Assembly (NCBI GenBank): GCA_937927515.1
Contig: CALBDO010000003.1
Location: forward strand, 67,274-131,273
DNA length: 64,000 bases
Direction of reading: 5' to 3'
Origin: Candidatus Kapaibacterium sp.
Lineage (GTDB): Bacteria; Bacteroidota; Ignavibacteria; Kapaibacteriales; UBA2268
Shown here: in pieces, positions 47,452 to 58,787 of the stretch
Position numbering within the stretch: the stretch's first letter is position 1
Layout of the letters: every line of letters starts with the position of its first letter
Notes under the pieces: model-generated
Told to the model about the DNA's origin: nothing
Database searches by the model: none
The model's input: the letters and a program-made list of their open reading frames with translations, nothing else
Made by a program: the position numbers and the translations under genes

Positions 47452-49512
47452 ATGCCTTTCTTTAAACTTTTTTCTAACTACAGCCCTGCGGGGGACCAAC
47501 CCAAAGCAATAAAGGAATTGGTTGATGGGGTAAATTCCGGAATAAAGCATCAAGTTCTTCTCGGAGTTACTGGTTCTGGTAAAACATTTACTATTTCGAA
47601 TGTAATTGAACAAGTACAAAGACCAGTTTTAGTAATTTCACCGAACAAAACACTTGCAGCACAACTTTATAGCGAGTTCAAGTCATTTTTCCCCGAAAAT
47701 GCTGTTGAGTATTTCATATCATACTATGACTACTATCAACCCGAAGCTTATATTCCACAAACAGATACATACATTGAAAAAGATTTTTCAATAAACGAAG
47801 AAATTGATAGGTTGAGAATTCGGGCAACAAGCAGACTGGTCGAAGGTAGACGCGATGTAATAATCGTTGCTTCAGTTAGTTGTATTTATAGTATAGGCTC
47901 AAAAGAACAATTCGAGCAGTTCCTATTCCCAATACATAAAGGAATGCAAATTAGCAGAAAAGCCCTTATGAACAAATTAATATATCTTTATTACAATAGA
48001 AACGATTTGGATTTTAAAAGAGGTTGTTTTCGGGCTCGTGGCGACACAATTGATTTAATACCTCCTTATGAATATGACGTTGCCATTCGTATAGAGCTTT
48101 TTGGAGATGAAATAGATAATATTTCATTAATTAATCCGACAAGCGGTAAAATTTTAAAAACATTTGAGGAATATACAATCTATCCTGCTAAGCTTTTTGT
48201 TACAACTGAAAGCAGACTGCAAAGAGCAATTGTAGCTATTCAAAATGAGCTTGTAGAAAGACTACGAGAACTACGCTCGCAAGGGAAACTCTTGGAAGCA
48301 CAAAGACTCGAGCAGAGGACACTTTTCGACATAGAAATGATGAAAGAAATTGGTTATTGCTCTGGAATAGAAAATTATTCAATGCATCTTTCGGGCAGAA
48401 ACTTCGGAGACACACCAGAAACCATAATCCACTATTTTCCCAAGGATTTTTTAACAATAATTGACGAAAGCCACGTGACAATTCCACAGTTAAGAGGCAT
48501 GTATAATGGGGACCGCTCCAGAAAACAAACACTTGTAGACTTTGGTTTCCGACTACCATCAGCTTTAGAAAATAGACCTCTGAAATTCGAAGAATTTGAG
48601 CAACTCGTTAACCAAGTTATTTACGTGAGTGCTACCCCAGGACCCTACGAGCTTGAAAAAACTGGCGGTGTTGTAGTCGAGCAAATCATTCGACCAACCG
48701 GTTTAGTCGACCCCGAAGTTTCAATTCGACCAATCAAAAACCAAGTCGACGATTTAATAAATGAAATAAGAAAAAGAGTTCGAAGTGGTCATCGAACACT
48801 TGTCACAACATTAACTAAACGAATGGCAGAAGACCTTGCCGAATATTTAAATCAGCTTAATATAAAAGTGGCGTATATTCATTCAGACATTGATGCACTG
48901 GAAAGAGTAGAAATAATAAGGGACCTTCGCCTGGGGAATTACGATGTACTCGTCGGTGTCAATCTACTGCGCGAAGGATTGGACTTGCCCGAGGTTTCTC
49001 TCGTTGCAATTCTTGATGCCGACAAGGAAGGATTTCTCCGAAGCGAAAGGTCTTTGCTACAAATCGCAGGTAGAACCGCAAGAAACATCGATGGTCTTGT
49101 TATTCTTTATGCAGATAAAATTACAAATTCAATTAAAAATTTCGTTGAAGAGACAAACAGACGGCGTAAAATCCAACTTGAATTCAACCGAAAACATAAC
49201 ATCAATCCGCAAACAGTTTACAAAACATTAGAAGAGATTCTTAATTCAACTTCTATTGCAGATATACAACAACTTCGACAAAATCGAAAAGTACAGAAAT
49301 ACGTGCATAGTCAATCGAACTTTGCTGAACCTCTTGTTAAATACTTAAACGAAAAGCAAAAAGAAGAACTTTTGGAGCAACTCTTCAAGGAAATGAAAGA
49401 AGCTGCAAGAAATTTAGATTTCGAGCGTGCAGCTGAAATACGTGATGAAATTGCAAGATTGAAAGGTGATTTGAATTTCTCCCCAAAAGGCAAGAAAAAA
49501 TTAATGAACTAA
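47452..49512 (+). CDS. uvrB: Excinuclease ABC subunit B
   Basis: [29 protein letters not shown]-terminal UVR domain FERAAEIRD. Confidence 0.98.
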   Translation: MPFFKLFSNYSPAGDQPKAIKELVDGVNSGIKHQVLLGVTGSGKTFTISNVIEQVQRPVLVISPNKTLAAQLYSEFKSFFPENAVEYFISYYDYYQPEAYIPQTDTYIEKDFSINEEIDRLRIRATSRLVEGRRDVIIVASVSCIYSIGSKEQFEQFLFPIHKGMQISRKALMNKLIYLYYNRNDLDFKRGCFRARGDTIDLIPPYEYDVAIRIELFGDEIDNISLINPTSGKILKTFEEYTIYPAKLFVTTESRLQRAIVAIQNELVERLRELRSQGKLLEAQRLEQRTLFDIEMMKEIGYCSGIENYSMHLSGRNFGDTPETIIHYFPKDFLTIIDESHVTIPQLRGMYNGDRSRKQTLVDFGFRLPSALENRPLKFEEFEQLVNQVIYVSATPGPYELEKTGGVVVEQIIRPTGLVDPEVSIRPIKNQVDDLINEIRKRVRSGHRTLVTTLTKRMAEDLAEYLNQLNIKVAYIHSDIDALERVEIIRDLRLGNYDVLVGVNLLREGLDLPEVSLVAILDADKEGFLRSERSLLQIAGRTARNIDGLVILYADKITNSIKNFVEETNRRRKIQLEFNRKHNINPQTVYKTLEEILNSTSIADIQQLRQNRKVQKYVHSQSNFAEPLVKYLNEKQKEELLEQLFKEMKEAARNLDFERAAEIRDEIARLKGDLNFSPKGKKKLMN

Positions 49513-49581
49513 TCTTAGAATAAATCTTCCATCACAATTATCCCAATCTTTAACTATTAATAAATTTTAAGATTGTTTTAA

Positions 49582-49601
49582 TTGTGAATTTATTTTCACA
49601 A
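49582..49601. promoter_or_regulatory. Palindromic operator-like site upstream of the NlpC/P60 gene
   Basis: TTGTGAA-TTTATT-TTCACAA. Confidence 0.35.
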
Positions 49602-49647
49602 GTATATCTTGCATTTTGTTTATAATATTCAACATTAAAGCAGAAAG

Positions 49648-50310
49648 ATGAGGAAATTTATAATTGCTTTTTTGGTGCTATTTCTCGTTAGCATCTTAAT
49701 TAATACTACATTAGCTTACGGTACAAATGATAGGCAGAATAAAAAGCATCTTAGTACAAAAATATTCCGGAAGTCAAATGTAATTGAATCATTAAAAAAA
49801 TTAAAACTCTATCTCCTTGGTTATAATAACATTTCTTTCGAACTTATTCATAATACAACAAGCTTTGATTTTTTGGATGCAAAATCAATATTTTCAAATG
49901 AAATTTATAAAACCAAACTTTTAACCACTATTCTACAATGGCTTGGAACTCCATACAAGATGGGTGGTTCGACAAAGAAAGGGATTGACTGCTCCAATTT
50001 TGTTGCTCAAATTTTTCGCCAGACTTTTGGAATTAATTTCCCCGCAAACGCCGAAACCCAATCTCGGCTGTTCAACCCCATCAACGAATTAAAGGAACTT
50101 TCCTTTGGAGACTTAATATTTTTCACAGGACGAAATAAAAAGTCCATGAGAATCGGTCACGTTGGTATATACCTTGGAAATGGTGTTTTTGCACATTCCT
50201 CCACAGGTAAGGGTGTTATAATCACTCACATTTCCGAAGGCTATTACAGCGAAAGATTTCGCTTCGGAGGTAGGCTATCATCGGATATCTTAAACATTGT
50301 TCTCAAATAA
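49648..50310 (+). CDS. NlpC/P60 (C40) peptidoglycan endopeptidase
   Basis: LGTPYKMGG, GIDCS, GDLIFF, HVGIY, FAHSS. Confidence 0.93.
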   Translation: MRKFIIAFLVLFLVSILINTTLAYGTNDRQNKKHLSTKIFRKSNVIESLKKLKLYLLGYNNISFELIHNTTSFDFLDAKSIFSNEIYKTKLLTTILQWLGTPYKMGGSTKKGIDCSNFVAQIFRQTFGINFPANAETQSRLFNPINELKELSFGDLIFFTGRNKKSMRIGHVGIYLGNGVFAHSSTGKGVIITHISEGYYSERFRFGGRLSSDILNIVLK

Positions 50311-50544
50311 TCTGCATTTATCAATCGTTATCCAGTAATCGACTCATTCAATTTTACTTACCTAATTAACAATCGAATACAAAATCTTGGTTGAAACTTC
50401 ATTCTTTTTTTATTAAACACTTCAACATATTTTTCTTTACAAAAAAGTATCTAAAATCGACCATTCATTATGGAAACAAACTAATCAAACAGTATCCCAG
50501 ACAAGTTAAATAATTTGGACCATTTTTAAAGGAATTTTCAAAAT

Positions 50545-50571
50545 AAAAAGGGCACTCATTTATGAGTGCCC
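50545..50571 (-). terminator. Intrinsic terminator of the giant SBBP protein gene
   Basis: GGGCACTCAT-TT-ATGAGTGCCC followed by a T-run on the minus strand. Confidence 0.85.
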
Positions 50572-50593
50572 ATTATTGAGAAAGCAAGCTAAG

Positions 50594-53500
50594 CTATTTA
50601 TTAATTATCATCTGTCTTGTAAGTCTCTTTCCGCAAAACTCAAGAGTGTAGGCATACACACCACTCGCCAAATTCAACTTTTCGACGTCCACGAGCACAG
50701 AGTGATAGCCAGCAACGACATCTGCGTTTAGTAACTCAATGCTTATATCACCAAGCAAATTGCTAATTGTGACTCGCACTCTCCCATTATTGGGGATGAA
50801 GAAATCAACTTTAGAAATACCGCTAAATGGATTTGGCTTGTTCTGATATAATTCTAAGGAACCCATTTCCCCAGGAACTTCGAGTATAGTTTTGAATGTG
50901 ACTGTAACAACACATTCTTTACTCCAAACCTCACCACACTGGTTGTAAACTTTAACTTTATAGGTTCCAGCATCTTCAGACTTGGCAGAGGTTATTTCAA
51001 ATGTAGGTTCGGTTACATTTAACTCCTGGTCATCTTTGTACCACTGATAATTCAAGTTGTCGCCAGTGGCACCGATTGCGAGGACAATGGGTTGTCCAGT
51101 ATTCACCTGATAAGTTGCTGGCAAATCGTTCACAATTAATGGCTTAGAGAATACTGCAAGAGTTGCTGGTCCAACAGTTTGCTCGTCGAAGCCTTCGATA
51201 GTAATCGTCACTGAGTACAAACCTGCATCCGTCGCATCAATGTTTGATATAGTTAGACTTGAAGTGTTAACGCCTGAATATTTGCCACCTTCTTGCAGAG
51301 CTACACCATTGAACTTCCACTGGTACTTAAGGTCGAAGCCAGGGACTGTCGACGAGGCATTTACAGTAAAGGTAACGTCTTCACCTTCGCAAGCTTGCTG
51401 GTCGGCTAATTGCTGAGCAATTATTCTTGGCTTTTCAACTAATGAGATTGGTTCGGAGGTATCGGCACCACACAACCCCTCGACGATTACATAATAATTC
51501 GAACCAAAATCGGCTGGTCGAATATCTCGTATGGTCATAATTGATGACTTAGTACCTGCTATTCTATCATTATCAACCAATGGTGTAGTTCCACGATACC
51601 ACCTAATCTTTGGCTGCAATAATGGATTATCTTGAGCAGTGAAATGCACATCAATTTCAAAGGTTGCAACCGAGCCAGTTGTTGTGTAAATAACCTTTGG
51701 CTGACGTGTAATTTTTGTTGGTTCGACAGCATACAACAATGTTGGTTGAGTCCAAACTGGTTCGGCTTCGCCGTTTCCAGAAATCTTGCAAGTGTAGACA
51801 CCTCCCATATTGAATGTTAAAGGTGGAAGTGGATAAATTGCCTCGGTTGCTCCGGGTATTTCAACATTATTGAAGTACCATTGATAAGACAATGTACCAC
51901 CAAAATCAATTTCTGCAACAACAGAGAAATAATTATCGGTCGAGCCAACGCAATTGATTACCTCTTTCGGCTGACTTAAAATTCGAATAGAAGGATTCAA
52001 GGTATTGACACCAATGTAATAAGCCTTGTTTCTTTGATTTCCATCAATGTCAAATTTTTCAATTTCGTCCGAAAGCGGACCTAACTCAACTAATGGATAA
52101 GTGTAATATAGTTCTCTTTTAATTTTAGCAATTCTCGGATTGTCATCCGAAAGGAATTCAGCACTCACGGAAACAGAGTTGAAATCTAAGTTAGTAATGG
52201 CTTTCCAGGTCGCTAAGTTTGGTATATTACCAAATATACCAGATACTAATACAGACCCTGCGGTATAGATATTGTTTTCATCACTGATTAGACCAACCGG
52301 AGGCGTACCCCAAACTTGAATAGCATTGCCTGTACCCTTGTTGTAAATCATGTTTCTCTTGAAGTAGTTTCCATTTCCGAGGCTATTCAAATAGATAATT
52401 GGACCGCTAGTATTGCCAACAAAGGAATTGTACACAAACTTGGACATTGTTATTCTATCCAAATAAGAAGCACCAGAGTTCAAGGTTGTTACTATGTTGT
52501 TAGCAACGATTGCCGAGGTGGAAGCCAAACGCATTCCGTAATTGCCACCACTCAATTTAATGTAATTTTTATAAATCTTAGCGTTTTGTGAGTTTTCGGA
52601 GTAAATACCTATAGTGTTCGAATTTGTAATATAGTTCTTATCTATCATTAGATTTTGGGAACCAGAGTTCAATATTACGATTGCACCCTTTTGATAAGAA
52701 CCAGTAGAACTCAATGTAAACTGATTTTCGCTAATGTTTGCAGATGCGAAGTTGTTCACAAATATTCCATTGGTGTTAGTTCCCATTAGGGTATTACCAG
52801 TGATAGTCACAGCATTAATACCATTTGAAACTGAAATTCCAGCCTGGGGATTGTTTATAGCAGTGGTGCTTGCTGGACCAATTCCGCTAATTCTATTCCC
52901 AGAAATTGAATTTCCGCTTACCAGCGGTGATGGAAGATTCTCTTCTTTATCTAAGCCTAGAATTACAAAGTTTCCCGAATTGATATAAATACCGTAGACC
53001 AAATTTAAGCCAGAGATTGTATTGTTATCAATAGTATAATTGGAAACTCCTTCGAGAAATGCTCCATACAAATTTTGTCCAACGAAGATGTTGTTTGTAA
53101 TGTTCAAATTTACAGAGTTAACACCAGTTGGAGTTAATAAGTATATGCCTGTAGAGCCATACCTTAAAGTTGTATTATTAATTTTTAGGTTGTCTAACCT
53201 ACTATTGTCAGAAAGAATTAGGGCAAAATTTAGATTCTTTAGTGGATTTTGGCAACCAATAATGGTACAATTTTCTATCGTCAAGCCATTAATATTACCA
53301 GATAGTTTAATCACATTGCCCCACGTGCAACTATTGTTTCTAATGATTAAATTTCTAAATACGACTCCACCCAAACGGTCGATTCTAAACACATAATTAT
53401 CATTTGGTCCAGAGGGGGTATATTCGATAATTACATCATCGTTTCTTCCGGTGAAAGACTCGAATGTAATTGGAAACTGCCGATAACCAACTGGCTGCAA

Positions 53501-56500
53501 CAAAACACCACCCTGGTAAGTCCCTGGTCTAAGTTTTATTGTAACTGGACCAGCAATACCCCAATAAGCTATATAATTGGTAAACTCGTCAAGTGAATTG
53601 AAATCTGGATTACGACCACCAATTGTGTACGTACCTCCAGCAAGTGCTTTGTAAACAACAACTGTCCTTTCATCATTATCAGGGTTATCGTCTGGATATC
53701 CATTGGGATATTGTGTTGCTGCTTTTATATAGAATGGTAAATTGGCGGTGCCAAAATCATAAGTACCAACGGCTACATCAATTGAGTCCTGAGCAGCAAG
53801 GTATCCATTCCAGTCGTACGAAGTTTGCTGAACACCATTTACCCACCAATTAATTCTAACGTAAGTCAAAGGTTTTGGAGCGTAATTCTTAATTCTCAAC
53901 TTAACTACATTAACACCGGGTTCAATTGGCAGCATTCCATCAGCATTTAAAAATCCAGCATCGTTAAGAATTGGTGCAACTTGTTTTGTAAATGCGTCGT
54001 TGGTTGGGTCTTTATCGGGCAGAGTATTGGCAATTGGGTCAGGTCCTTTGGGGTCGGTCGTCCAAACTTTAATTGTGAAGGGATTCCAAGGTGCTCGTGG
54101 AACAAATAGGAAGTTTGGATGAATGACAACCTCCTCGGTAGCACTAGTATCAAGGTTACCAGTCCAATAGTATGGTGTTTGTTCCACTCCATCAATGGAC
54201 CAACGAATCGTCACACTTGTAAGTCTAAAGAATTTACCAAAGTTCTTCAATACAGCCTTTACTTGTTGCGGTTCATATGAATTGAATTTATCTACTGGAC
54301 TTGTAATATTTACAATTCCAGCATCATTTTGCTTAATATCGCCCTGGAATTTGACCAAAAAAGCTTCTGGCGTACCACTATATGAATACTGATGACCATT
54401 TGTGGTTGCTATTTGGTCAATATCGGTTGAATATGTATAACCACCGATAAATGGATTTCCCTGGCCATCAACTTTTACACAATTATAATAAACATAGTCG
54501 GAGTTGTTACCACCATAATATGTCCCCCATTTTCTTGTTCTTCCATCAGGGGATAACATTGCGAGCCAACCGTCGGGGGTTGTACTTAAGTAAGTTTTAA
54601 ATCCATCTGGAGAGGCTATACCACTTGAGGAATAAGTAATCCCCCCAACATAAACGTTGCCGCTTCCGTCTGCAGCAATTCCATAACCATAATCTGTACT
54701 TGGACCACCATAGTAAGTACCCCACTGGCGGACGCCACTGGTATTAAACTTAACCACATAGGCATCTGGTGTGGTGCTTAAAACTGTTTGGTACGTTCCA
54801 GAGGTAACAATGTAATCAGAAGAATAAGTCATTCCGGTAAAATAAACATTGCCGTTTTGGTCGGCATACAAACTGTAAAGATAATCTGTGCTCGAACCAC
54901 CATAATAAGTGCCCCATTGGCGGACTCCATTAGTATTAAACTTGACAAGAAATGCATCAGGAGTAACCACATACATTGTTTGATGAGCACCAGATGTAGC
55001 TATATTTGTTGAAGAATAAGTAAAACCTCCGATGTATACATTCCCACTACCATCGCAAGCCACAGAAAAACAATAATCGGAACTATTCCCTCCATAATAT
55101 GTACCCCATTGGCGTACGCCATTCGTGTTGAACTTGACTAAGAAAGCATCTGGTGTAGTACTTATAGTTGTTTGGTGTCCATTGGAAGTTGCAATATTAT
55201 CGGTCGAATATGTATAATATCCAGCGAGATAGGAATTACCATTAGCATCAGCAGCACAGGAATAACATATGTCAGTATTGTTCCCACCATAGTAAGTACC
55301 CCACTGGCGAACTCCATATGCATCAAACTTCACAAGGAAGCAATCTGGAGTGGTACTTATGATAGTTTGATGTCCATTACTCGATGCTATCACGTTTGAG
55401 GAATATGTGTAACCACCGAAATAAACATTTCCGTAACTATCTGCTCCAATACCATAACCATAGTCTGAACTACTTCCACCATAATATGTTCCCCACTGGC
55501 GAACCCCATTAGCATTAAATTTAACCAAAAAAGCATCTGGCGTTGTATTCAAAGTGGTTTGGAATGCGCCCGAGGTTGCAATATTATTTGTAGAGTAGGT
55601 ATAACCAGTTATGTACGAGTTACCATTAGCATCGGCGTGAATACCGTAGCCAATTTCAGTGCTACTACCACCATAATAAGTACCCCACAATCTTGTTGGT
55701 GGGTCGATAATCAAGGGTTTAGAAGCATCATAATTTTCTACATAAAATGTTATAACATCATTGGAATTTTTAACGAACTTGCTTGTAACATAATTTGCTG
55801 CAGTTGGTTGTTCACGGGAATTGATGTAAGAGTCAAGATTTGGGATTTGGTAAGCAATAGGAGGTGCTTGCTCGATGGTTCCTAAGGGTGTGGAGACGCG
55901 CAGGGTACCATTATCAGTTATTTCGATAGCAGAAGCACCAGCAAATTTAAAAGCAATTTTACTTGGGTCTGCACCAGGCTTCAAGACAAAATCGTATTGA
56001 AACTTATTTTCCCTATTTCCATAAAGAACGAAATCTATACCGGGATAGACATCCTCCATAAGTATTGTCGCATATCTGCGGACAAAAGTTATACCATCGG
56101 GACAATGTGGAAGATAATAATTATCGTAGTCTGGTTGAATTTCCTTTGGAATAAACACTGGATTTAAATTCGCTCCGAGTAATTGCATATCTACACGATA
56201 TATATCGAAAGTAGCAGAGATATCGCCGAGTGGTTCAGTTCCCTTGTCGATGCCAAAAGGCTTGTCCAATTTCTCGTTCCGGGCATCAATGGATTCGGGT
56301 CTTTGTTTGATAAAGGTAAAGCTAATAGTATTGTTTTTGACGACGATGGTACCAAAATCAACTTGTGCGACGAACTGAACATCTTTATTCACATTTCCGA
56401 ACTGGTCGACAATTTGACCTTTGTTCTCGATAAAGATAATGCTTTTGCGAGCAAGAAATTCACTTGGAGTTGGCGTCGAAAATACTGTTGAGGAAAGAAA

Positions 56501-56536
56501 AGAAATTAAGAAAGCAAACAAAAATAATTTTTTCAT
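50594..56536 (-). CDS. Giant T9SS surface protein: SBBP beta-propeller, CARDB-like, beta-helix and Ig-like domains, CTD
   Basis: Signal peptide, FIENKGQ domain, seven WGTYYGG repeats, NDAG domains, Asn-rich beta-helix, YQWY Ig domains, QNKPNPF...SGVY CTD. Confidence 0.88.
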   Translation of the reverse strand: MKKLFLFAFLISFLSSTVFSTPTPSEFLARKSIIFIENKGQIVDQFGNVNKDVQFVAQVDFGTIVVKNNTISFTFIKQRPESIDARNEKLDKPFGIDKGTEPLGDISATFDIYRVDMQLLGANLNPVFIPKEIQPDYDNYYLPHCPDGITFVRRYATILMEDVYPGIDFVLYGNRENKFQYDFVLKPGADPSKIAFKFAGASAIEITDNGTLRVSTPLGTIEQAPPIAYQIPNLDSYINSREQPTAANYVTSKFVKNSNDVITFYVENYDASKPLIIDPPTRLWGTYYGGSSTEIGYGIHADANGNSYITGYTYSTNNIATSGAFQTTLNTTPDAFLVKFNANGVRQWGTYYGGSSSDYGYGIGADSYGNVYFGGYTYSSNVIASSNGHQTIISTTPDCFLVKFDAYGVRQWGTYYGGNNTDICYSCAADANGNSYLAGYYTYSTDNIATSNGHQTTISTTPDAFLVKFNTNGVRQWGTYYGGNSSDYCFSVACDGSGNVYIGGFTYSSTNIATSGAHQTMYVVTPDAFLVKFNTNGVRQWGTYYGGSSTDYLYSLYADQNGNVYFTGMTYSSDYIVTSGTYQTVLSTTPDAYVVKFNTSGVRQWGTYYGGPSTDYGYGIAADGSGNVYVGGITYSSSGIASPDGFKTYLSTTPDGWLAMLSPDGRTRKWGTYYGGNNSDYVYYNCVKVDGQGNPFIGGYTYSTDIDQIATTNGHQYSYSGTPEAFLVKFQGDIKQNDAGIVNITSPVDKFNSYEPQQVKAVLKNFGKFFRLTSVTIRWSIDGVEQTPYYWTGNLDTSATEEVVIHPNFLFVPRAPWNPFTIKVWTTDPKGPDPIANTLPDKDPTNDAFTKQVAPILNDAGFLNADGMLPIEPGVNVVKLRIKNYAPKPLTYVRINWWVNGVQQTSYDWNGYLAAQDSIDVAVGTYDFGTANLPFYIKAATQYPNGYPDDNPDNDERTVVVYKALAGGTYTIGGRNPDFNSLDEFTNYIAYWGIAGPVTIKLRPGTYQGGVLLQPVGYRQFPITFESFTGRNDDVIIEYTPSGPNDNYVFRIDRLGGVVFRNLIIRNNSCTWGNVIKLSGNINGLTIENCTIIGCQNPLKNLNFALILSDNSRLDNLKINNTTLRYGSTGIYLLTPTGVNSVNLNITNNIFVGQNLYGAFLEGVSNYTIDNNTISGLNLVYGIYINSGNFVILGLDKEENLPSPLVSGNSISGNRISGIGPASTTAINNPQAGISVSNGINAVTITGNTLMGTNTNGIFVNNFASANISENQFTLSSTGSYQKGAIVILNSGSQNLMIDKNYITNSNTIGIYSENSQNAKIYKNYIKLSGGNYGMRLASTSAIVANNIVTTLNSGASYLDRITMSKFVYNSFVGNTSGPIIYLNSLGNGNYFKRNMIYNKGTGNAIQVWGTPPVGLISDENNIYTAGSVLVSGIFGNIPNLATWKAITNLDFNSVSVSAEFLSDDNPRIAKIKRELYYTYPLVELGPLSDEIEKFDIDGNQRNKAYYIGVNTLNPSIRILSQPKEVINCVGSTDNYFSVVAEIDFGGTLSYQWYFNNVEIPGATEAIYPLPPLTFNMGGVYTCKISGNGEAEPVWTQPTLLYAVEPTKITRQPKVIYTTTGSVATFEIDVHFTAQDNPLLQPKIRWYRGTTPLVDNDRIAGTKSSIMTIRDIRPADFGSNYYVIVEGLCGADTSEPISLVEKPRIIAQQLADQQACEGEDVTFTVNASSTVPGFDLKYQWKFNGVALQEGGKYSGVNTSSLTISNIDATDAGLYSVTITIEGFDEQTVGPATLAVFSKPLIVNDLPATYQVNTGQPIVLAIGATGDNLNYQWYKDDQELNVTEPTFEITSAKSEDAGTYKVKVYNQCGEVWSKECVVTVTFKTILEVPGEMGSLELYQNKPNPFSGISKVDFFIPNNGRVRVTISNLLGDISIELLNADVVAGYHSVLVDVEKLNLASGVYAYTLEFCGKRLTRQMIINK
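54341..55693 (-). repeat. Seven tandem ~64-aa SBBP repeats (coding)
   Basis: RQWGTYYGG...G-x-TYS...TPDAFLVKFN unit repeated 7 times. Confidence 0.9.
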
Positions 56537-56645
56537 AGTGCAACCCCTATACAATTATAAAACATACAACTTTTTTTCATTAAATATAAAAAAGCAAGTA
56601 GTAAATTAATAAAAATTTTTTAAAAAATCAAATATAAATTTTTTT

Positions 56646-58787
56646 TCATTTGACTGGCGTTTCTATAATAATATGCACAGTTCGGCAATAACTCCTCCCT
56701 TGCGGCAGCGAGTTGTCATATAGCAAAATTTCATTCCCAACTGGATTTAGTACAACTTGTGAGTCGGGCAGTTGTAGGAAATTTTTCACTGCAAGACACC
56801 TTCGTAAAGCTAAATCTTTGTTGTACGATACTTCTCCAATTTTATCGGTAAAACCAGAAATGGTAACTTTCGAATTTGGTGCTATTTTGCTTTTTATCTG
56901 GTTTAGAATTGGGATGTGTTGTGGCAGTAAATCTGCTTTGTCGAAGTCAAATACAATCAGAGAAAAGCGTTCGATTTTTTTATCGCCAAGCAATTCCTCT
57001 CTTTTTCTCTTTATTGTCCTTTGTTCGATTTTTACACTAACCTTTGATATACTTCGCTGGTCTAAAATATCCTCGGCGATAAAATTTATCAAGATTGGCT
57101 CTTCTAACTTTGGAATAGGTTCCTCTTCAACGCTCCAAAGTATTTTCTCAGGTAAATCGATTCCAGAGTAAGTCCGCAAATTTGTCCCGCTCTGTTCGAT
57201 TGTCAAGTTCCATCCTTTTAAACTTGCATCAGAATGAATTTCTGGTAAAATCTCGACGAAGGGTGGATTGGCGACTTTCTCAATCTTTGAAAGTCTTACA
57301 GGACCAGTAATTTTGCCACTCTTTGAAAAAATCTCTACTCTTTGATTTTCTTCAATACCTTCTGGAATAGATGGATTTGTCATTTTTTCCGGAAGATTTC
57401 TAAACTTAACATCAATTCGTTCGGGCTCTATACCCCAGGTCTCAACAAGATATTCCTTCACAGCTAAGGCACGTTTTTGAGACAATTCAAGATTATTCAA
57501 TTCAACGCCAATGTTGCTATTGCAACCAGTAAGGACAATCGATTCTTTGGGATTTTGCTTAAGCCTCTTAGCAATAATATTAAGCAGGTTCTCATATATT
57601 TTCAATGTATTCCACGGAAGGAAGCTTTCGTCGAATCCATCTGTTGTAGACTTATCAATTAAATTGACCGATGAGCTTTCCAAGCTCCATTCTCCAGTTG
57701 GAAAATAAATGTATGGTAAAAGAGGGAACATCTCTTCAGTTTCAAACTCTTCGATTACCAATACTGGATTATTTTGAACTTCTCCTTGTTTTGACTTTCC
57801 AACGACCTTGAGTTTGGTCTCCAATTGTGAAATCTTTGGGACCTCTGTTCGATATTTTTCACGTACGAAAGTTTTGTATATATACCCGTCAGATACTTTT
57901 TCTTTAATCGTTTTTTCGAGAACAGTTTCCTCAAGATAAGTTCGTTCGGATTTTAACCCAAAAACGGCTATTCGTAATGTATCACGAACGAGCATCGTAT
58001 CATAATAATAATGAACTTCGGGGGGGGAATATATTGGAAATCTAGCAGAAATTCCAATATCTAAATGCGATATTTTCCAATTTTCATTAGTAAGATTTTG
58101 AAATGGAATGAGGAAGCGTAATTGTGGTGAAATCCAAGCAGCATCGAAAAGTTGTATATCATAAGACAAACCCAAACTTGGGCGGACTAAAAATTTTTTA
58201 ACATTAGGTATTTCCAAGTTCAGATTAACGTTTCGTTCTTTCTCCCCATTAACAAATACAACACTATTCGGTGAAATTATAACTTCCTTTTGGTCTACCT
58301 TGGTCAAAAATAAATTTGAAAAATTTAGTCCGAAAGTCAGCCACAATCTACCAAAGATTTTATACATTAAAACAGGTTCAACGTATAAACCAATTAACTT
58401 GGGAGCTAAAAAATGCTGGACAGTAACCGGTAAAAGCACTATTTGGCTAACATCTTCCTCATATTTTACTGGTGTATTGCCGATAAACTCATTTTCTTTA
58501 AAAGTTACCCCCTCAGAGTTTAATCCACCAATTAATCGCAAAGCAAACTTCTCGGAAAGTTCCTTTTGAGCTAACAAAGAAATGTTCCAACCCAAGCCAA
58601 GAGTATTAGTATAGCGGGGACAACAGTTTGGTATATTTTGCAACTTGTTAAAATCCGCAAAGTGAATATTAAACCCTAAATCAACTTCACCACCGATATA
58701 AAATATAGGCTTTTTGATTTCATTAGAATAAATGGCAACTTCTGGTAAAAACATTAACAACAATAAAAAACAAATATTTCTCATCAT
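56646..58787 (-). CDS. Outer-membrane beta-barrel protein with two OmpA-like domains
   Basis: N-terminal barrel strands; LSQKRALAVK..ENQRVEI and LALRRCLAVK..CRTVHI. Confidence 0.8.
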   Translation of the reverse strand: MMRNICFLLLLMFLPEVAIYSNEIKKPIFYIGGEVDLGFNIHFADFNKLQNIPNCCPRYTNTLGLGWNISLLAQKELSEKFALRLIGGLNSEGVTFKENEFIGNTPVKYEEDVSQIVLLPVTVQHFLAPKLIGLYVEPVLMYKIFGRLWLTFGLNFSNLFLTKVDQKEVIISPNSVVFVNGEKERNVNLNLEIPNVKKFLVRPSLGLSYDIQLFDAAWISPQLRFLIPFQNLTNENWKISHLDIGISARFPIYSPPEVHYYYDTMLVRDTLRIAVFGLKSERTYLEETVLEKTIKEKVSDGYIYKTFVREKYRTEVPKISQLETKLKVVGKSKQGEVQNNPVLVIEEFETEEMFPLLPYIYFPTGEWSLESSSVNLIDKSTTDGFDESFLPWNTLKIYENLLNIIAKRLKQNPKESIVLTGCNSNIGVELNNLELSQKRALAVKEYLVETWGIEPERIDVKFRNLPEKMTNPSIPEGIEENQRVEIFSKSGKITGPVRLSKIEKVANPPFVEILPEIHSDASLKGWNLTIEQSGTNLRTYSGIDLPEKILWSVEEEPIPKLEEPILINFIAEDILDQRSISKVSVKIEQRTIKRKREELLGDKKIERFSLIVFDFDKADLLPQHIPILNQIKSKIAPNSKVTISGFTDKIGEVSYNKDLALRRCLAVKNFLQLPDSQVVLNPVGNEILLYDNSLPQGRSYCRTVHIIIETPVK

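Noticed and set aside
49582..49601. Call as a canonical Rex site
   Set aside because: Spacer is 6 nt rather than 4; kept only as an unassigned palindrome
54341..55693. Periodic DNA repeats as a CRISPR array or DGR template/variable pair
   Set aside because: Period of about 192 nt, in-frame coding with synonymous divergence; no cas or reverse transcriptase genes, and differences are not adenine-specific
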